Shown here in pieces: positions 46,429 through 56,175 of a DNA stretch of 64,000 nt. The first letter of the stretch is position 1, and every line of letters starts with the position of its first letter. The DNA comes from a virus: the IMG/VR virus record IMGVR_UViG_3300005466_000024, positions 32,001-96,000 of that record. One strand, written 5' to 3'. The position numbers and the translations under genes were made by a program. The notes under the pieces are model-generated. The model saw only the letters and a list, made by a program, of their open reading frames with translations, had not been told where the DNA came from and ran no database searches.

Positions 46429-46892
46429 GTCTGCCGGGGTCGGCCGGGGTGCAGTACCCGTTCGGTCCACCGCTGGTTGCGGTCGCGCTGGTGCCAGTCG
46501 CGCGGGGGTGGTTTCTTCTCGGCGTTGGGGACGGGCGGGTGGTGGTGGGGCCAGTCGTCCTCGGTCTCGTCGTCTTCCGTCGACTCCCCTTGCTTGGCGA
46601 TGATTACCCCTCTCCGTACGGGCACCTCGCGGCAGATGATCTTTTCCAGTGCGGCTTCCCGGCCGTCCCCGCCAGTGCCGATGACGTACGAATTCCATTG
46701 GTTACCGCATTTACACCGATGGAAGCCACCTGGAGTGTCGAATTCCTGTCCGCAATCGCAGGCGAACTTTTCGGCCGCCGTGGTGATGTATCCGTTTAGA
46801 AAGTGGTCGAAGTCCCATCCCGCGACCTTGCGGTGCGCGGGGCCCCATCCCCATTCCGCGCCCGCTACGCGCGGGCGCGTCCGGCTTTTGGG
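46425..46892 (-). CDS. Start-less -1 frame extension of 46865..49360 (Cys-rich zinc-ribbon-like domain)
   Basis: The frame reads RVAGAEWGWGPAHRKVAGWDFDHFLNGYITTAAEKFACDCG...RCKCGNQWNSYVIG; no ATG/GTG/TTG until 46625. Confidence 0.65.
   Translation of the reverse strand, partial: PKSRTRPRVAGAEWGWGPAHRKVAGWDFDHFLNGYITTAAEKFACDCGQEFDTPGGFHRCKCGNQWNSYVIGTGGDGREAALEKIICREVPVRRGVIIAKQGESTEDDETEDDWPHHHPPVPNAEKKPPPRDWHQRDRNQRWTERVLHPGRPRQT
46857..46892 (-). other. Candidate -1 programmed frameshift signal (CCCAAAA, 6-nt spacer, 9-bp GC hairpin)
   Basis: C CCA AAA in phase at 46892-46886; stem CGCGCCCGC/GCGGGCGCG at 46879-46857. Confidence 0.65.
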
Positions 46893-49360
46893 TCGTCCCC
46901 GCCCCGCTTCCGCTGGTCCTGCGCACCGAACAGGTGCTGGCGCAGCTGGGACTTGGCCCGCTCCCCGACGCCCCGCTCGTTGGCGAATGCTTCGATGTCG
47001 CTCTCTCCGCCACGCGGTGCGCCGGGTGATTTGTCCACCCAGTCGTAGTAGTCGTCGATGACGCCACTGGTGCGTTGAGTGTCCGGGCCGCCCTCTTTCC
47101 GGACCGCCCCATCATCTTTTGGGCGCCCACCTCGTTTCGCGGCCCGTGCCGGGCCTTGCGGCATTGTCTCCACAGCGGCCATCGCCGGCTGCGGCGTATG
47201 CCCGACCGCCTTGTACCACTTGTCGTGCGAGAACCGGTCGTTGTCGGCCTTGAACATGTCGGCCAGGCCCTCGGCCAGCGGCCCCTTGTGTTCTGGTGGT
47301 AGCCCGGCGACCAGCTTGGCCATCTGCACGTAGTGCTTGCGGCTCATCGCCATGGCGACCATCTCGCGCAGTGATGCGGCGAGCTGCTGCGGGTCCGGGG
47401 GCGCGGCTCCCTGATCTGCGGCGGCGGGAGGCGCAGCAGCCGGGCCCGACTGGTCCGCAGCGGCCGGTGGTGGGGCACCGCCACCGGCCTGCGCCATCCC
47501 CGCGGGTGGCTGCGGCAGCACGTTGACCGTGCCCGCCGGCGGCTGCACGTTCAGCGGGTTGGCGGCCTGCATGGCCTGCTCCTCTTGCTGGACGATCTGC
47601 AGGGCCTGCTGCAGGGCGCCCACGCCCTGCTGGAATTCCTCGGCCTTCTGGTTGAGCAGCTGGGTCAGCGCCTCGTCGGCCTTCTGCAGGTAGTCGGGGG
47701 CGGCGGTACGCCGACCGGCTCCGATTTGATGGTGGGGGTTGTTGGTGGTCCAGCCAGGTCGCCCACGCCTGTTCCACTCCTCCGCGCTCAGCCCCTGCTG
47801 TACCCAGTCCGGATCCTGATGGCGAGGGTGTCCCGGGTGGTCCTCCGACTGCTCGGCGCTGTGTCGCGATGCCAGGTAACCCTGGCCGGTACCGAACTCC
47901 TCTGCCCCCACCGCGTCGGGCGCCTTGGGGTGCTTGTTGCGTCGTGCCGGGTCGGGGTTGCGCACCTGGCCGGGTGGTAGACCCACGATCGCGCCGTGAC
48001 CCTCACCCTCGCGCCGGGAGGCGGGTTTCTTCTTGCGGGGCTGATCGGTCTTGCGTCGCAGCGCAGCGAGCACCGTGTAGTACTCCCGGTCGGGACGTTT
48101 GGCCGCCCACACCTCCAGGGAGTCCACCGACGGACGTACCCGGCGTTGTGCACACCAGGCCGCGAACTTAGCCGCGGACTTGGCGAAGTCGGTGTCGGCG
48201 GGATCCCCGGTGTGTTCGGTGACCGGGGACTCGGTGTCGATGAACCGGTCCCGGACCTTCTCCCGGGCGCCCTGGTCGATACGGTCGAGGTAGCCCTTGA
48301 AGTCGCCCTCGGGGATCAGGTCGCCCTTCGACGGCCGGAAGGTCACGTCGTTGTTCATCGCCGGACCGGTCTTGTCGGCGACCCGTGATTCCTTCTCCTT
48401 GTGGTACTTGCGGGCGTGTTCCTCGTTCTCGTGGCAGCCGGGCCAGCAGGCGACACGGGCCGCCTTCGGTCGGCTCATGTCCTCGATCTTGTCGCAGGTT
48501 CCGGGGTGCTTGCCGTGCACCGACGGCATGTTGCACACCGACTTGGCGTCGTTGAGGTCTTTTTCGGTGCCGACTGGGAAGCTGCCGTGTGGTCCTGCGA
48601 AGGGGCCGGATTCCTTGGCCACGTCGCCGTCGCCGCGGTAGCTCTCGGCTTGATGTCGGCTGGACTGTTTGTCCTGGAAGTTGCGTAGCGGTTCGCCCTT
48701 GCGGCGGCGGCCGTCCTCGACCTGGTGGTAGATCTTGCCGCAGTACGCGTCGGGATCGGCGGCGTTGCTGTTCTGTCTGGTGCAGTCCTCCCAGCCGGAG
48801 TAGCCCGCGAACGGGCCGTGCAGCCGGTCGCTGTCGGCATTCTTGCGGGAGGCATCGTGGTGCAGTCGCGACGGATCGACCGATTGCACGATGCTTCCTG
48901 CCGGTGTCTTGCCGGGCCCCTGAATGTCGCTGGGGATCCCCGGCGCATAGGCGCCGGTACCGGTGCCGGCCTGAGCCTGCTCGTCGGCTCCCCCCATGGT
49001 CATCCCCGGTGCTGGCACACCGGGTCCCCCGAACGGGCTGTCGACGCTCAGGCCTCCGGAGGGGCTGCTGGGGTCCACGTCGGCCCCCAGCTTGGCCCGG
49101 AACTCGGCTTCCAGTGGCTTGAGGACGCGCCGGATCACCCCGGATCGCGGGAACACGTGCGGGGTCATGGTGCGGATGGCGTCGTCGCGGATCAGCGCCA
49201 GCCGGTCCCGGTATTCCTCGAGGTCCCTGGCCGCGAACAGAAACGACCCGAACCGTTCGCGGACGTCGTACACGGCAGCGGCCAGCTGGTTGGCGGCCTC
49301 GCGCTGCTGGTACTTGATTTCGCTGTCCGACGCCACCAGGTTCTCGAACATGCCGCTCAT
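46865..49360 (-). CDS. Large internal head/scaffold-like protein
   Basis: 831 aa, modular and low-complexity, with many R/K/H-x-A motifs; lies upstream of the portal gene. Confidence 0.6.
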   Translation of the reverse strand: MSGMFENLVASDSEIKYQQREAANQLAAAVYDVRERFGSFLFAARDLEEYRDRLALIRDDAIRTMTPHVFPRSGVIRRVLKPLEAEFRAKLGADVDPSSPSGGLSVDSPFGGPGVPAPGMTMGGADEQAQAGTGTGAYAPGIPSDIQGPGKTPAGSIVQSVDPSRLHHDASRKNADSDRLHGPFAGYSGWEDCTRQNSNAADPDAYCGKIYHQVEDGRRRKGEPLRNFQDKQSSRHQAESYRGDGDVAKESGPFAGPHGSFPVGTEKDLNDAKSVCNMPSVHGKHPGTCDKIEDMSRPKAARVACWPGCHENEEHARKYHKEKESRVADKTGPAMNNDVTFRPSKGDLIPEGDFKGYLDRIDQGAREKVRDRFIDTESPVTEHTGDPADTDFAKSAAKFAAWCAQRRVRPSVDSLEVWAAKRPDREYYTVLAALRRKTDQPRKKKPASRREGEGHGAIVGLPPGQVRNPDPARRNKHPKAPDAVGAEEFGTGQGYLASRHSAEQSEDHPGHPRHQDPDWVQQGLSAEEWNRRGRPGWTTNNPHHQIGAGRRTAAPDYLQKADEALTQLLNQKAEEFQQGVGALQQALQIVQQEEQAMQAANPLNVQPPAGTVNVLPQPPAGMAQAGGGAPPPAAADQSGPAAAPPAAADQGAAPPDPQQLAASLREMVAMAMSRKHYVQMAKLVAGLPPEHKGPLAEGLADMFKADNDRFSHDKWYKAVGHTPQPAMAAVETMPQGPARAAKRGGRPKDDGAVRKEGGPDTQRTSGVIDDYYDWVDKSPGAPRGGESDIEAFANERGVGERAKSQLRQHLFGAQDQRKRGGDDPKAGRARA

Positions 49361-49420
49361 CGCTGACTCCGTCCATCCAGTCGGCCGAGAGGGATCCTCT
49401 CTATGCCTTCTGGCGGCAAC

Positions 49421-50040
49421 TCACCCCGGTGCACGCACCTCGCACTGGGGGAACGGGTGCGCCTTGAAGTACTGCTCCATATCGGCGGCGGTGACGTAAT
49501 CCCCGGGTGTGGCCGGATCGTGGGAGACGAACGTTGTGCGGAACTCTATCCACCCCTTGAGCACTTCCAGGGTGTCGGCATTGCATTTCTCCTGCGCAGT
49601 GTCCCGGGCCATGGTTTGGGACACGTAGGTGTTGAACCGGTGGGTTAGCACGATCAGGTCCGCGACCACCAGCAGCGCCACGACGGTGAAGAACACGCTC
49701 AGCGCCATGTTGATCCGTTGCTCGGTGGCTTCGGTGCCCCTGGTGTGCATCCACTGCCAGCCCGCGATACCGCCCAGCACGAAGATCGCGGCCGCCACCC
49801 CCACCAACCCGAGGAACACGGTCCACGTCATGTCGGCCCCCCGTTTTTCGTGCCGGCCAACGATTTTGCGCTGAACCAGAACCCGATGATCGTGAGCATC
49901 GCCCCGTCCAGGCTGGGGGTGGTGGGGAAGTCGCCGAACAACCGGAGGGCAAAGGCGGTCAGCCACGTCAGCGAGATCAGGATGGTCAGGCCGGTGAGCA
50001 CCGAACCTCTAATGATCTTCGGGAGGCTGCTGTTTTGCAC
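49421..50040 (-). CDS. Two small membrane proteins of the lysis cassette (49421..49831, 49828..50040)
   Basis: Each has two hydrophobic segments; they follow the holin gene. Confidence 0.65.
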
Positions 50041-50377
50041 GAAAGGGCACCTCCCCTTCGTCTGTTTGCTGAGGCGCGGCCGTGGACTCGGAGGCCGCCG
50101 GCGTCGCGGCAGATGGCACCGCCGCGACGACCTTGGTGAACGATGCCGTGCCCGAACGTGGTGCACTCAGGATGCTCATGCCGATGCTCAGGATGGCCAT
50201 GCCCGAACCGGACAGCAGGGCTGCGTTCCACGGGAACCCCTGGATGGTCACGTTGGTCACCGCTCCCCCGGATGCGGACAGCATCCCGCCCGTGACCAGG
50301 AAGCCCTGGATGAAGCTCTTGACGGCACGCTCCAGTGCGTCGGCCCAGAAGTCTCTGGTCACCAGTACCGAGGCCAT
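50009..50377 (-). CDS. Holin (r1t-like)
   Basis: FWADALERAVKSFIQ motif plus TM helices; in the lysis cassette. Confidence 0.8.
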   Translation of the reverse strand: MASVLVTRDFWADALERAVKSFIQGFLVTGGMLSASGGAVTNVTIQGFPWNAALLSGSGMAILSIGMSILSAPRSGTASFTKVVAAVPSAATPAASESTAAPQQTDEGEVPFRAKQQPPEDH

Positions 50378-50401
50378 CGGTACCTCCTCACGTCCGTAGA
50401 C

Positions 50402-50761
50402 TCAGCCGAACCCGGGGATCCTCGGGAACAGGTTCTTGATGTTGGTGAACAGGTTGGTCACCACGCTGTTGATCTCGGTGGTGAGGTTTCGGCCGAGGGT
50501 GTCGAGGTCGCCGGTGATGTTCTGGCCGACGGTGGAGATGCTGGTGCCGACTTCACCGATGATCTTGTCGATGTCCTCGGCGGTGTGGTTGGTGATCTCG
50601 GTGATCACCCGGTCACTCTGGCCGATCACAGCGCCGGTGACACCCTCGACGACGCCCGCGGTGACGCTCTCGATCAGCTTGTCCAGGTTCTCCGGCTTGG
50701 TCAGCTCGACGATGATCGGCGCCACCACGTTCTCGTTGATCCAGTTCCCGATACGGCTCAT
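50402..50761 (-). CDS. Hypothetical lysis-cassette protein
   Basis: Amphipathic helical ORF coupled to LysB. Confidence 0.6.
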   Translation of the reverse strand: MSRIGNWINENVVAPIIVELTKPENLDKLIESVTAGVVEGVTGAVIGQSDRVITEITNHTAEDIDKIIGEVGTSISTVGQNITGDLDTLGRNLTTEINSVVTNLFTNIKNLFPRIPGFG

Positions 50762-51657
50762 GCGGCCAGCTCCTTTCCCAGGTTGGTCAGATAGTTGGTG
50801 GCCGGCAGCGAGTCGTAGCGCCAGTGGGGGGCCTGGACCCCCTGACTGGCGAACAGGATCCCGTTGTAGATGGCCTGGAACAGCGGCCAGACATGGCTGA
50901 ACGGTTGCTCGAACAAGTCGATGGCCGCCTTGGCGAGCCCGTAGAGGCTCTTGCCGCTGAAATTCTGGATGAGGTTGTAGATGATCGTCTCGTCGTGCCC
51001 GACGACGGTCTGCCTATTCCACGGCTCATCGCCGACCGGGGCGGAGGTGTACAGGTCGCCGTCGTTGGCGAAATCGTAGACGGCGATCTGCCCGGCCAGC
51101 GGGTGCCCGGCGGGGAACAGGCACTCGCTGGGGCGTAGGCAATCGGGTCCGGCGATGCCGCCGGTGGTGTAACCGTCATCGAGGTCGGGCACTGGGTGTC
51201 CCCACAGCTCGGTGTTGCCGTAGGCGATGCCCGGGGCGCGTAATGGGTTGCCGTAGGTGATCACCCCGAGGCAGTCGTTGAGTCGCCCATGCAATTGCCC
51301 TGCGGGGGAAAGGATGTGGTCGCGCCACACCTTGCAGGCGACGATGGCGCCCTGCGAGTACCCATCGAGCACGAACTTCCACGGGTGCGGGTACACGAAC
51401 GGATCGATGTCACTGGGGGACAGCAGCCGCACCGTTTCGTGCACACCGGCCAGCACACTGGGCCCCATCGGCGCGACCGCCGCGGGATAGCCCACACCCT
51501 GCCAGTGCCAGTTCTTCCCGTTGGGTGCGCCCCAGCACTGACCGAGGGCGATCAGTGCTGGGTCGCTGAGCGCGGCACCGGCTTCCGCTGGGTACTGGCC
51601 GGGGATCCAGTCCCAGGCGGCGCCGGTGCCGGCGATCGTGAGCAGGACCACTGGCAT
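50758..51657 (-). CDS. lysB: Lysin B (cutinase-like mycolylarabinogalactan esterase)
   Basis: VGYPAA..PMGPSV..G, GYSQGA nucleophile motif, TYGNPLR. Confidence 0.88.
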   Translation of the reverse strand: MPVVLLTIAGTGAAWDWIPGQYPAEAGAALSDPALIALGQCWGAPNGKNWHWQGVGYPAAVAPMGPSVLAGVHETVRLLSPSDIDPFVYPHPWKFVLDGYSQGAIVACKVWRDHILSPAGQLHGRLNDCLGVITYGNPLRAPGIAYGNTELWGHPVPDLDDGYTTGGIAGPDCLRPSECLFPAGHPLAGQIAVYDFANDGDLYTSAPVGDEPWNRQTVVGHDETIIYNLIQNFSGKSLYGLAKAAIDLFEQPFSHVWPLFQAIYNGILFASQGVQAPHWRYDSLPATNYLTNLGKELAA

Positions 51658-51658
51658 G

Positions 51659-52292
51659 TCATGCCCCCGGCATGCCCTTGAGGTCGATCTTGGTGGCTTC
51701 GCACAGCTTGCGCAGCATGAAGTTGTTCTGCTCGGCGAGCAGGTGCTGACGGCTCACCTGGTCGCGCAGCCCCCACCGGTTGCTCTTCGGGTTGGGCTGC
51801 TGCTTGGTGTAGGTGGTCCAGTCCTGGAATCGCAGCAGGTCCCACACCGCCCGGTTGAGCCAGCCCCGGATGTCCCACGCCTGCCAGGCACCCTGTCCGT
51901 TGGGGCCGGGGAAGTCGTCGGCGGTCGCCCCGTCGTACAGTTTGATCTTGTCGCCGGGGTTGATGAACTGCAGGTTCACGTCATCGATGGCGGCCAATTC
52001 AGTGCACCCAGCCCTTCACTTTCGCCAGGGCGTCGCGCAGCTTGCGCAGCGGCGCCTCGTATTGGTCGGGGATGAGCCAGCCGAACTTGAGGACCACGTC
52101 GAGCGCATCGATGACGGTGGTGAGCGCCTCGGCCACCATGCCCTTGGCGTCGCCCACGTCCACGCTCGTGGGCAGTCCGAGGAAGCTGCGGGGTGCCAGC
52201 GGGTTGTCCGCCGAGTGTTCGGACAACGCCCGATTCACCGCCTGGTTGACGGCGGTGGCGACATCGTCGGGTACGGATTCGGATTCGGTCAT
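51659..52292 (-). CDS. Two small hypothetical genes between LysA and LysB (51659..51997, 51999..52292)
   Basis: Coding-like frames with tight spacing. Confidence 0.6.
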
Positions 52293-52306
52293 GGTGGTAG
52301 CTCCTC

Positions 52307-53794
52307 TTACTTGCTGGGCTTGGTGAAGAACGCCATGGTCGATGGCGCGTTCGTCGGTGGAGCCGCATCGATGCCGGCGGTGGCGGTGCGTGGGGAGTTC
52401 GCCGCGGTGGACGGTTGCGGTTCCTCGGTGGGTGGGGTGTCCTCGGGCGGGGCGAAGCCGGGGAGGTTCAACGCCTTGCCGATCACTGCCAGTGCATCGA
52501 CGACGCTGCGGTTGCCCAGTTGCGGCCACCCGGCCCCGTAGCCGTCCATCTGTCGCGGGCCGGCGAGTTGCTCGTAGGTCAGTATCTGGTAGTCGGGCCG
52601 TCCTGGGTCGGGGTGGGGGGGCGGTTCCGGCGACGGAGGTACTGGAGTGGGTGGGGTGACGACGTGACCCCATTGCCCATAGTCTTCGCGGTGCGCCTCG
52701 TTGTAGTCGCACTGCACGCCCCCGACGTACTTGTAGCCCAGTTTGTTGCGCTGGACGATGTTGACGCGGCTGTCGACGTTGCCACCCGACCACGCCTGGG
52801 TCTGCCACAGGTAGTGGCAGACCCCGGCGTTCAGTGCCCGCATGCCCACCCAGTACGCACCGTAGAGGCCGACCTTGTCGGGGCCACCGAGCACGTCGCC
52901 ACAGGCCCGCAGGTAGTCGTTGACGACGGGCTGCTGGGACTCGGCCTCATCGAAGTCGCAGGAGAAGTAGATGACGCCGTCGGCGGGGCCGCCGCAGTGC
53001 ACCACCCAGTCGCGTGCCCGCTGGGCATCGGTGTGGCCCGCCTGGTAGCCACCGAGCATGAAGTCGGCGGTGGTCTCCCAGTTGGATACGATCTCGATGC
53101 CGTTGGCTTTCAGGTCGGCGGCCTCCTGGGGCAGGAGTTGCTTGCCGGGCAATGCGGGTCCGCCGTCGGACAGGTACCGGCAGACGAAGCGCACCCCCGC
53201 GGCTTTGAGGTCCTGTCCGGAGGGTCGGCCGCCGGCGTAGTCCAGCCCCAACGGGTAGCCCATGGGTTGTCGCCAGTTGCCGGCGTCCTCGGTGATCGGG
53301 CCATCGAGTACCCAGTGGTCGTTCCAGTAGTTGTCGGCCATGTCCATGGCGCCGTGCCCTCGGGTGCAGGTGCCGTGGCTGCCGTTGGACTCCATCAGCC
53401 AACCGTCGATCTCGCACTGCATGTGACTGTTGGGGCCGCCGCCGTAGTGCCCGATGTTGACCTTGATCGGGTAGGGGTTGTTCAGTAGATCCTGCTGGCT
53501 TACCCGCCGGAATCCCTTGAACGGGCCAGGGAACGTCTCGGTGGTGAACTGGCGTGCCCATGGCACCGCGAACCCGTCGGGGCCCAGCAGGGCGATGCCG
53601 ATGACGGTGCCGTTCGCGCCGGAACAGTCGGCGCCCACCCCGAAGTTGAACGCGTTGTACACCCCGCCGTACTCGTACTGTTCGCCGGGCCCGGCATCGA
53701 TGTCTCCGGACTGGGCCAGACCCTGCGCATCGGTGGTGAGCCGATCCAGGAACACGCGCTTCGCGAATTCCACACGCGACCTAAGCAGGGCCAT
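52307..53794 (-). CDS. lysA: Lysin A: N-terminal peptidase-like domain, DUF1906/GH25-like muramidase, C-terminal binding domain
   Basis: GADCSG...SH; GLDYAGGRP...GVRFVCRYLS...IVSNWE; EQLAGP...GWPQLGNRSVVDAL. Confidence 0.88.
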   Translation of the reverse strand: MALLRSRVEFAKRVFLDRLTTDAQGLAQSGDIDAGPGEQYEYGGVYNAFNFGVGADCSGANGTVIGIALLGPDGFAVPWARQFTTETFPGPFKGFRRVSQQDLLNNPYPIKVNIGHYGGGPNSHMQCEIDGWLMESNGSHGTCTRGHGAMDMADNYWNDHWVLDGPITEDAGNWRQPMGYPLGLDYAGGRPSGQDLKAAGVRFVCRYLSDGGPALPGKQLLPQEAADLKANGIEIVSNWETTADFMLGGYQAGHTDAQRARDWVVHCGGPADGVIYFSCDFDEAESQQPVVNDYLRACGDVLGGPDKVGLYGAYWVGMRALNAGVCHYLWQTQAWSGGNVDSRVNIVQRNKLGYKYVGGVQCDYNEAHREDYGQWGHVVTPPTPVPPSPEPPPHPDPGRPDYQILTYEQLAGPRQMDGYGAGWPQLGNRSVVDALAVIGKALNLPGFAPPEDTPPTEEPQPSTAANSPRTATAGIDAAPPTNAPSTMAFFTKPSK

Positions 53795-53820
53795 GGAGTG
53801 CCTCCTCGCCCCTTCTGTCG

Positions 53821-54051
53821 CTAATCCGCGGTCAACGCGGACCGCGCCCCCTCCGCCGACAGGTGTTCACAGAAGTGGTCGAGCACTCGGCCGACCGGAT
53901 GATGGCTGAAGACATCGACGTTCTGGCCCCCGATGTCGACGACGCACAGGTACTCGTAGGACCCGTGGTCGTGGACCTTCCTCCGGTACAGGTCTGCCAG
54001 CATCGAGTAGACGAACCGGCCGATCTCCTCGCGTTCGGTGAGTGTGAGCAT
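53821..54051 (-). CDS. Small hypothetical protein
   Basis: Short coding-like ORF with a GGGG RBS. Confidence 0.5.
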   Translation of the reverse strand: MLTLTEREEIGRFVYSMLADLYRRKVHDHGSYEYLCVVDIGGQNVDVFSHHPVGRVLDHFCEHLSAEGARSALTAD

Positions 54052-54064
54052 GATGCGCCCCCTA

Positions 54065-54682
54065 CTAGTCGCTGAGGAAGAGCAGCTCTCCGGGCAGGTT
54101 GGTCGGCGGGGATGATGGCGCGGCCGCGACGCGGGGCCGCGACGCCCGGTGATCGAGGCCGGTGACCTGGTGGACGAACGCGGCGGTGAGTGCGCGGGAA
54201 CGCGCAACCGGCAGGGTGGAAGTGGCGACGTCGGCGTGGCGGCGGGCCCGTTCGGCCAGTTCGCTGCGGGCGGGCCGGTCATCCTGGTCGGCGAAGAACC
54301 GGGCCGCCTCCAGGGTCACCCAGCGCCGATCCCGATCCGACAGCTGTTCCCTACCGGCGGTTCGGGTGACGGGATCCTCCCGATGGGTGGCCCCATTCAG
54401 CAGGTCGTCGCGCAGACCGGCCAGCGCCTCCCGGTCGCGGGAGAGTTCGTTGATCGCCGCCAGGTGCTCGCCGCAGTCCCCGATGGGCAGGTCTGCCACC
54501 GCCGAGCGGGCGGCATTCAGTAGGCGATCACATTCCTTCAGGCGGGCGTCCACGCAGTGGACGCCGCCGTCGAACCAGCCGCTGCCGACGGGTTCGCGGG
54601 CCTCTCGCCACGAGGCGAGGCGCTGGGTGAACGTCGTCCTGACGGGTCGATTGGGGGCAGGATTGTCGGTGCGGAACAACAT
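54065..54682 (-). CDS. Hypothetical helical protein, possibly internal head protein
   Basis: GAGGAGG RBS; RTA motif; AAAAGG motif upstream. Confidence 0.6.
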   Translation of the reverse strand: MLFRTDNPAPNRPVRTTFTQRLASWREAREPVGSGWFDGGVHCVDARLKECDRLLNAARSAVADLPIGDCGEHLAAINELSRDREALAGLRDDLLNGATHREDPVTRTAGREQLSDRDRRWVTLEAARFFADQDDRPARSELAERARRHADVATSTLPVARSRALTAAFVHQVTGLDHRASRPRVAAAPSSPPTNLPGELLFLSD

Positions 54683-54700
54683 GATGTCCTCCTCACCTTT

Positions 54701-54899
54701 TCAGGGCCAGATCGGTTCCTGCGGCTCGTAAACGACCGGCCAGGTGTGGATCTGGTCGATCATCCGTTCGTAGCGCGGCTCCTCGCCACTGACCGGCACG
54801 ACGAGCCATTCCGGTCCTCGCCAGCATCCACCGTCACGGCATTATGGCGACATCCCTGGTTTCGGGGTGCACGCGCACGGTGCCGACGTGGTCATTCAT
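54701..54899 (-). pseudogene. Small gene apparently disrupted by one extra base
   Basis: MNDHVGTVRVHPETRDVAI continues in a different frame as ...GPEWLVVPVSGEEPRY...TWPVVYEP; the span is 199 nt (66 codons + 1). Confidence 0.35.
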
Positions 54900-56160
54900 C
54901 CCTGTGCTTCCCATAGAACATCTCCACCGCCGCGTCGGCGGCCTGTCGTCTCGTCATGCTCGACGGATCCCCATCCCCATGGCCGTCCCGGCACGAACAC
55001 TGACCGTCTTGGTGGCCGACCGAGCCGATGACCTGGCGCAGCCAGCAGTTGCGGTGGTAGCACACGTTGTGGGGCACGACGGCGAAAGCGACCGAAAGGA
55101 CGACCCCGGAGTCGTTGTCGCCGATCGTCTCGTCGCACCAGCCACACAGCTGACCCACCGGGGTGTCGACGTGACTGTCCGGCGCGCAGACGGACGCGTC
55201 CCAGGCCTGTCCGAACCAGGTCACCATCGTGGTCCGCCGCCGGGATACCCGATGTGGTTGTCGAGGATGAAATTCGCATTGGCCATCGGGCGCTGCTGCT
55301 CGACCACACCGGTACCGCCGCAGGCGTGGCAGTTACCCATCTGCACCAGACCACCCCGGCAGGGACAGCCGGTGGACCCGTTGCAGCATTCGACCTCCCA
55401 GGTACCCCGGCCACCACAAGCACGGCACGTTTCCGGCGCGGGCCGATCATGCTCCTCGAGCAGGTGCAGCAACGCCTGCCCACCGCCAGGGGTCATGTCA
55501 CCATTGGCCACGCAGTCCCGCGCGAACGCAGTCAGATGTGCTTTCAGCTCCGGATCCATGGGGAGCCTCTCATTCCGGTTCCCGGATCGCGGGGAATCCG
55601 AACTGGTCCTCTGCGCCAGTGCAGCCCGGGGAACCGCACCAGCAGATGTCGTGGTCGTATGCGGGATCGGACTCGTCGCATGGTCCCCGGCCATCGGCGG
55701 TGACCATGAATGGGTACAGATGCACGGGCAGACCACCGTCGTCGTAGAGATGGCCGTCATACCAGCGGCCCGGCCAACCCAGACGCTCAGACATCAGCTT
55801 GGTCCTGCACCAGCTCGGCCAGGTAGGCCAGCAGCGCCAGTGTGTGACTGAGTACCAGGGTGGCGTTGATGCCCTCGGGCCAGTGGTGGAACTGCTCGTC
55901 GCGCATCTGGATGAGGTCTTCGCGCAGCGCATTGATCCCGGCGGGTGTGTAATCGACACCTTCCACTTTCAGCGGCATCACTGGCCCCCTTCCGTGTCGA
56001 GGTTGATGATCTTCATCCCCTCGAGGAACTCATCGAGGGTATCCGCCGGATTCCAGGTGAACACGCGACAATCGTCATTGCCGCAGAACGCCTGCTGGTA
56101 GAACACCAGTAGGGGCGGTTGATGGCACCCAGGACACGTAAGTCCCATCGGATCAATCAT
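54892..56160 (-). CDS. Five small Cys-rich/hypothetical genes (54892..55227, 55221..55559 with DnaJ-like CxxCxGxG zinc finger, 55570..55794, 55787..55981, 55978..56160)
   Basis: Overlapping start/stop chain; CRACGGRG and CHACGGTG motifs in the second gene. Confidence 0.6.
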
Positions 56161-56175
56161 ATAGCGATGATACAG

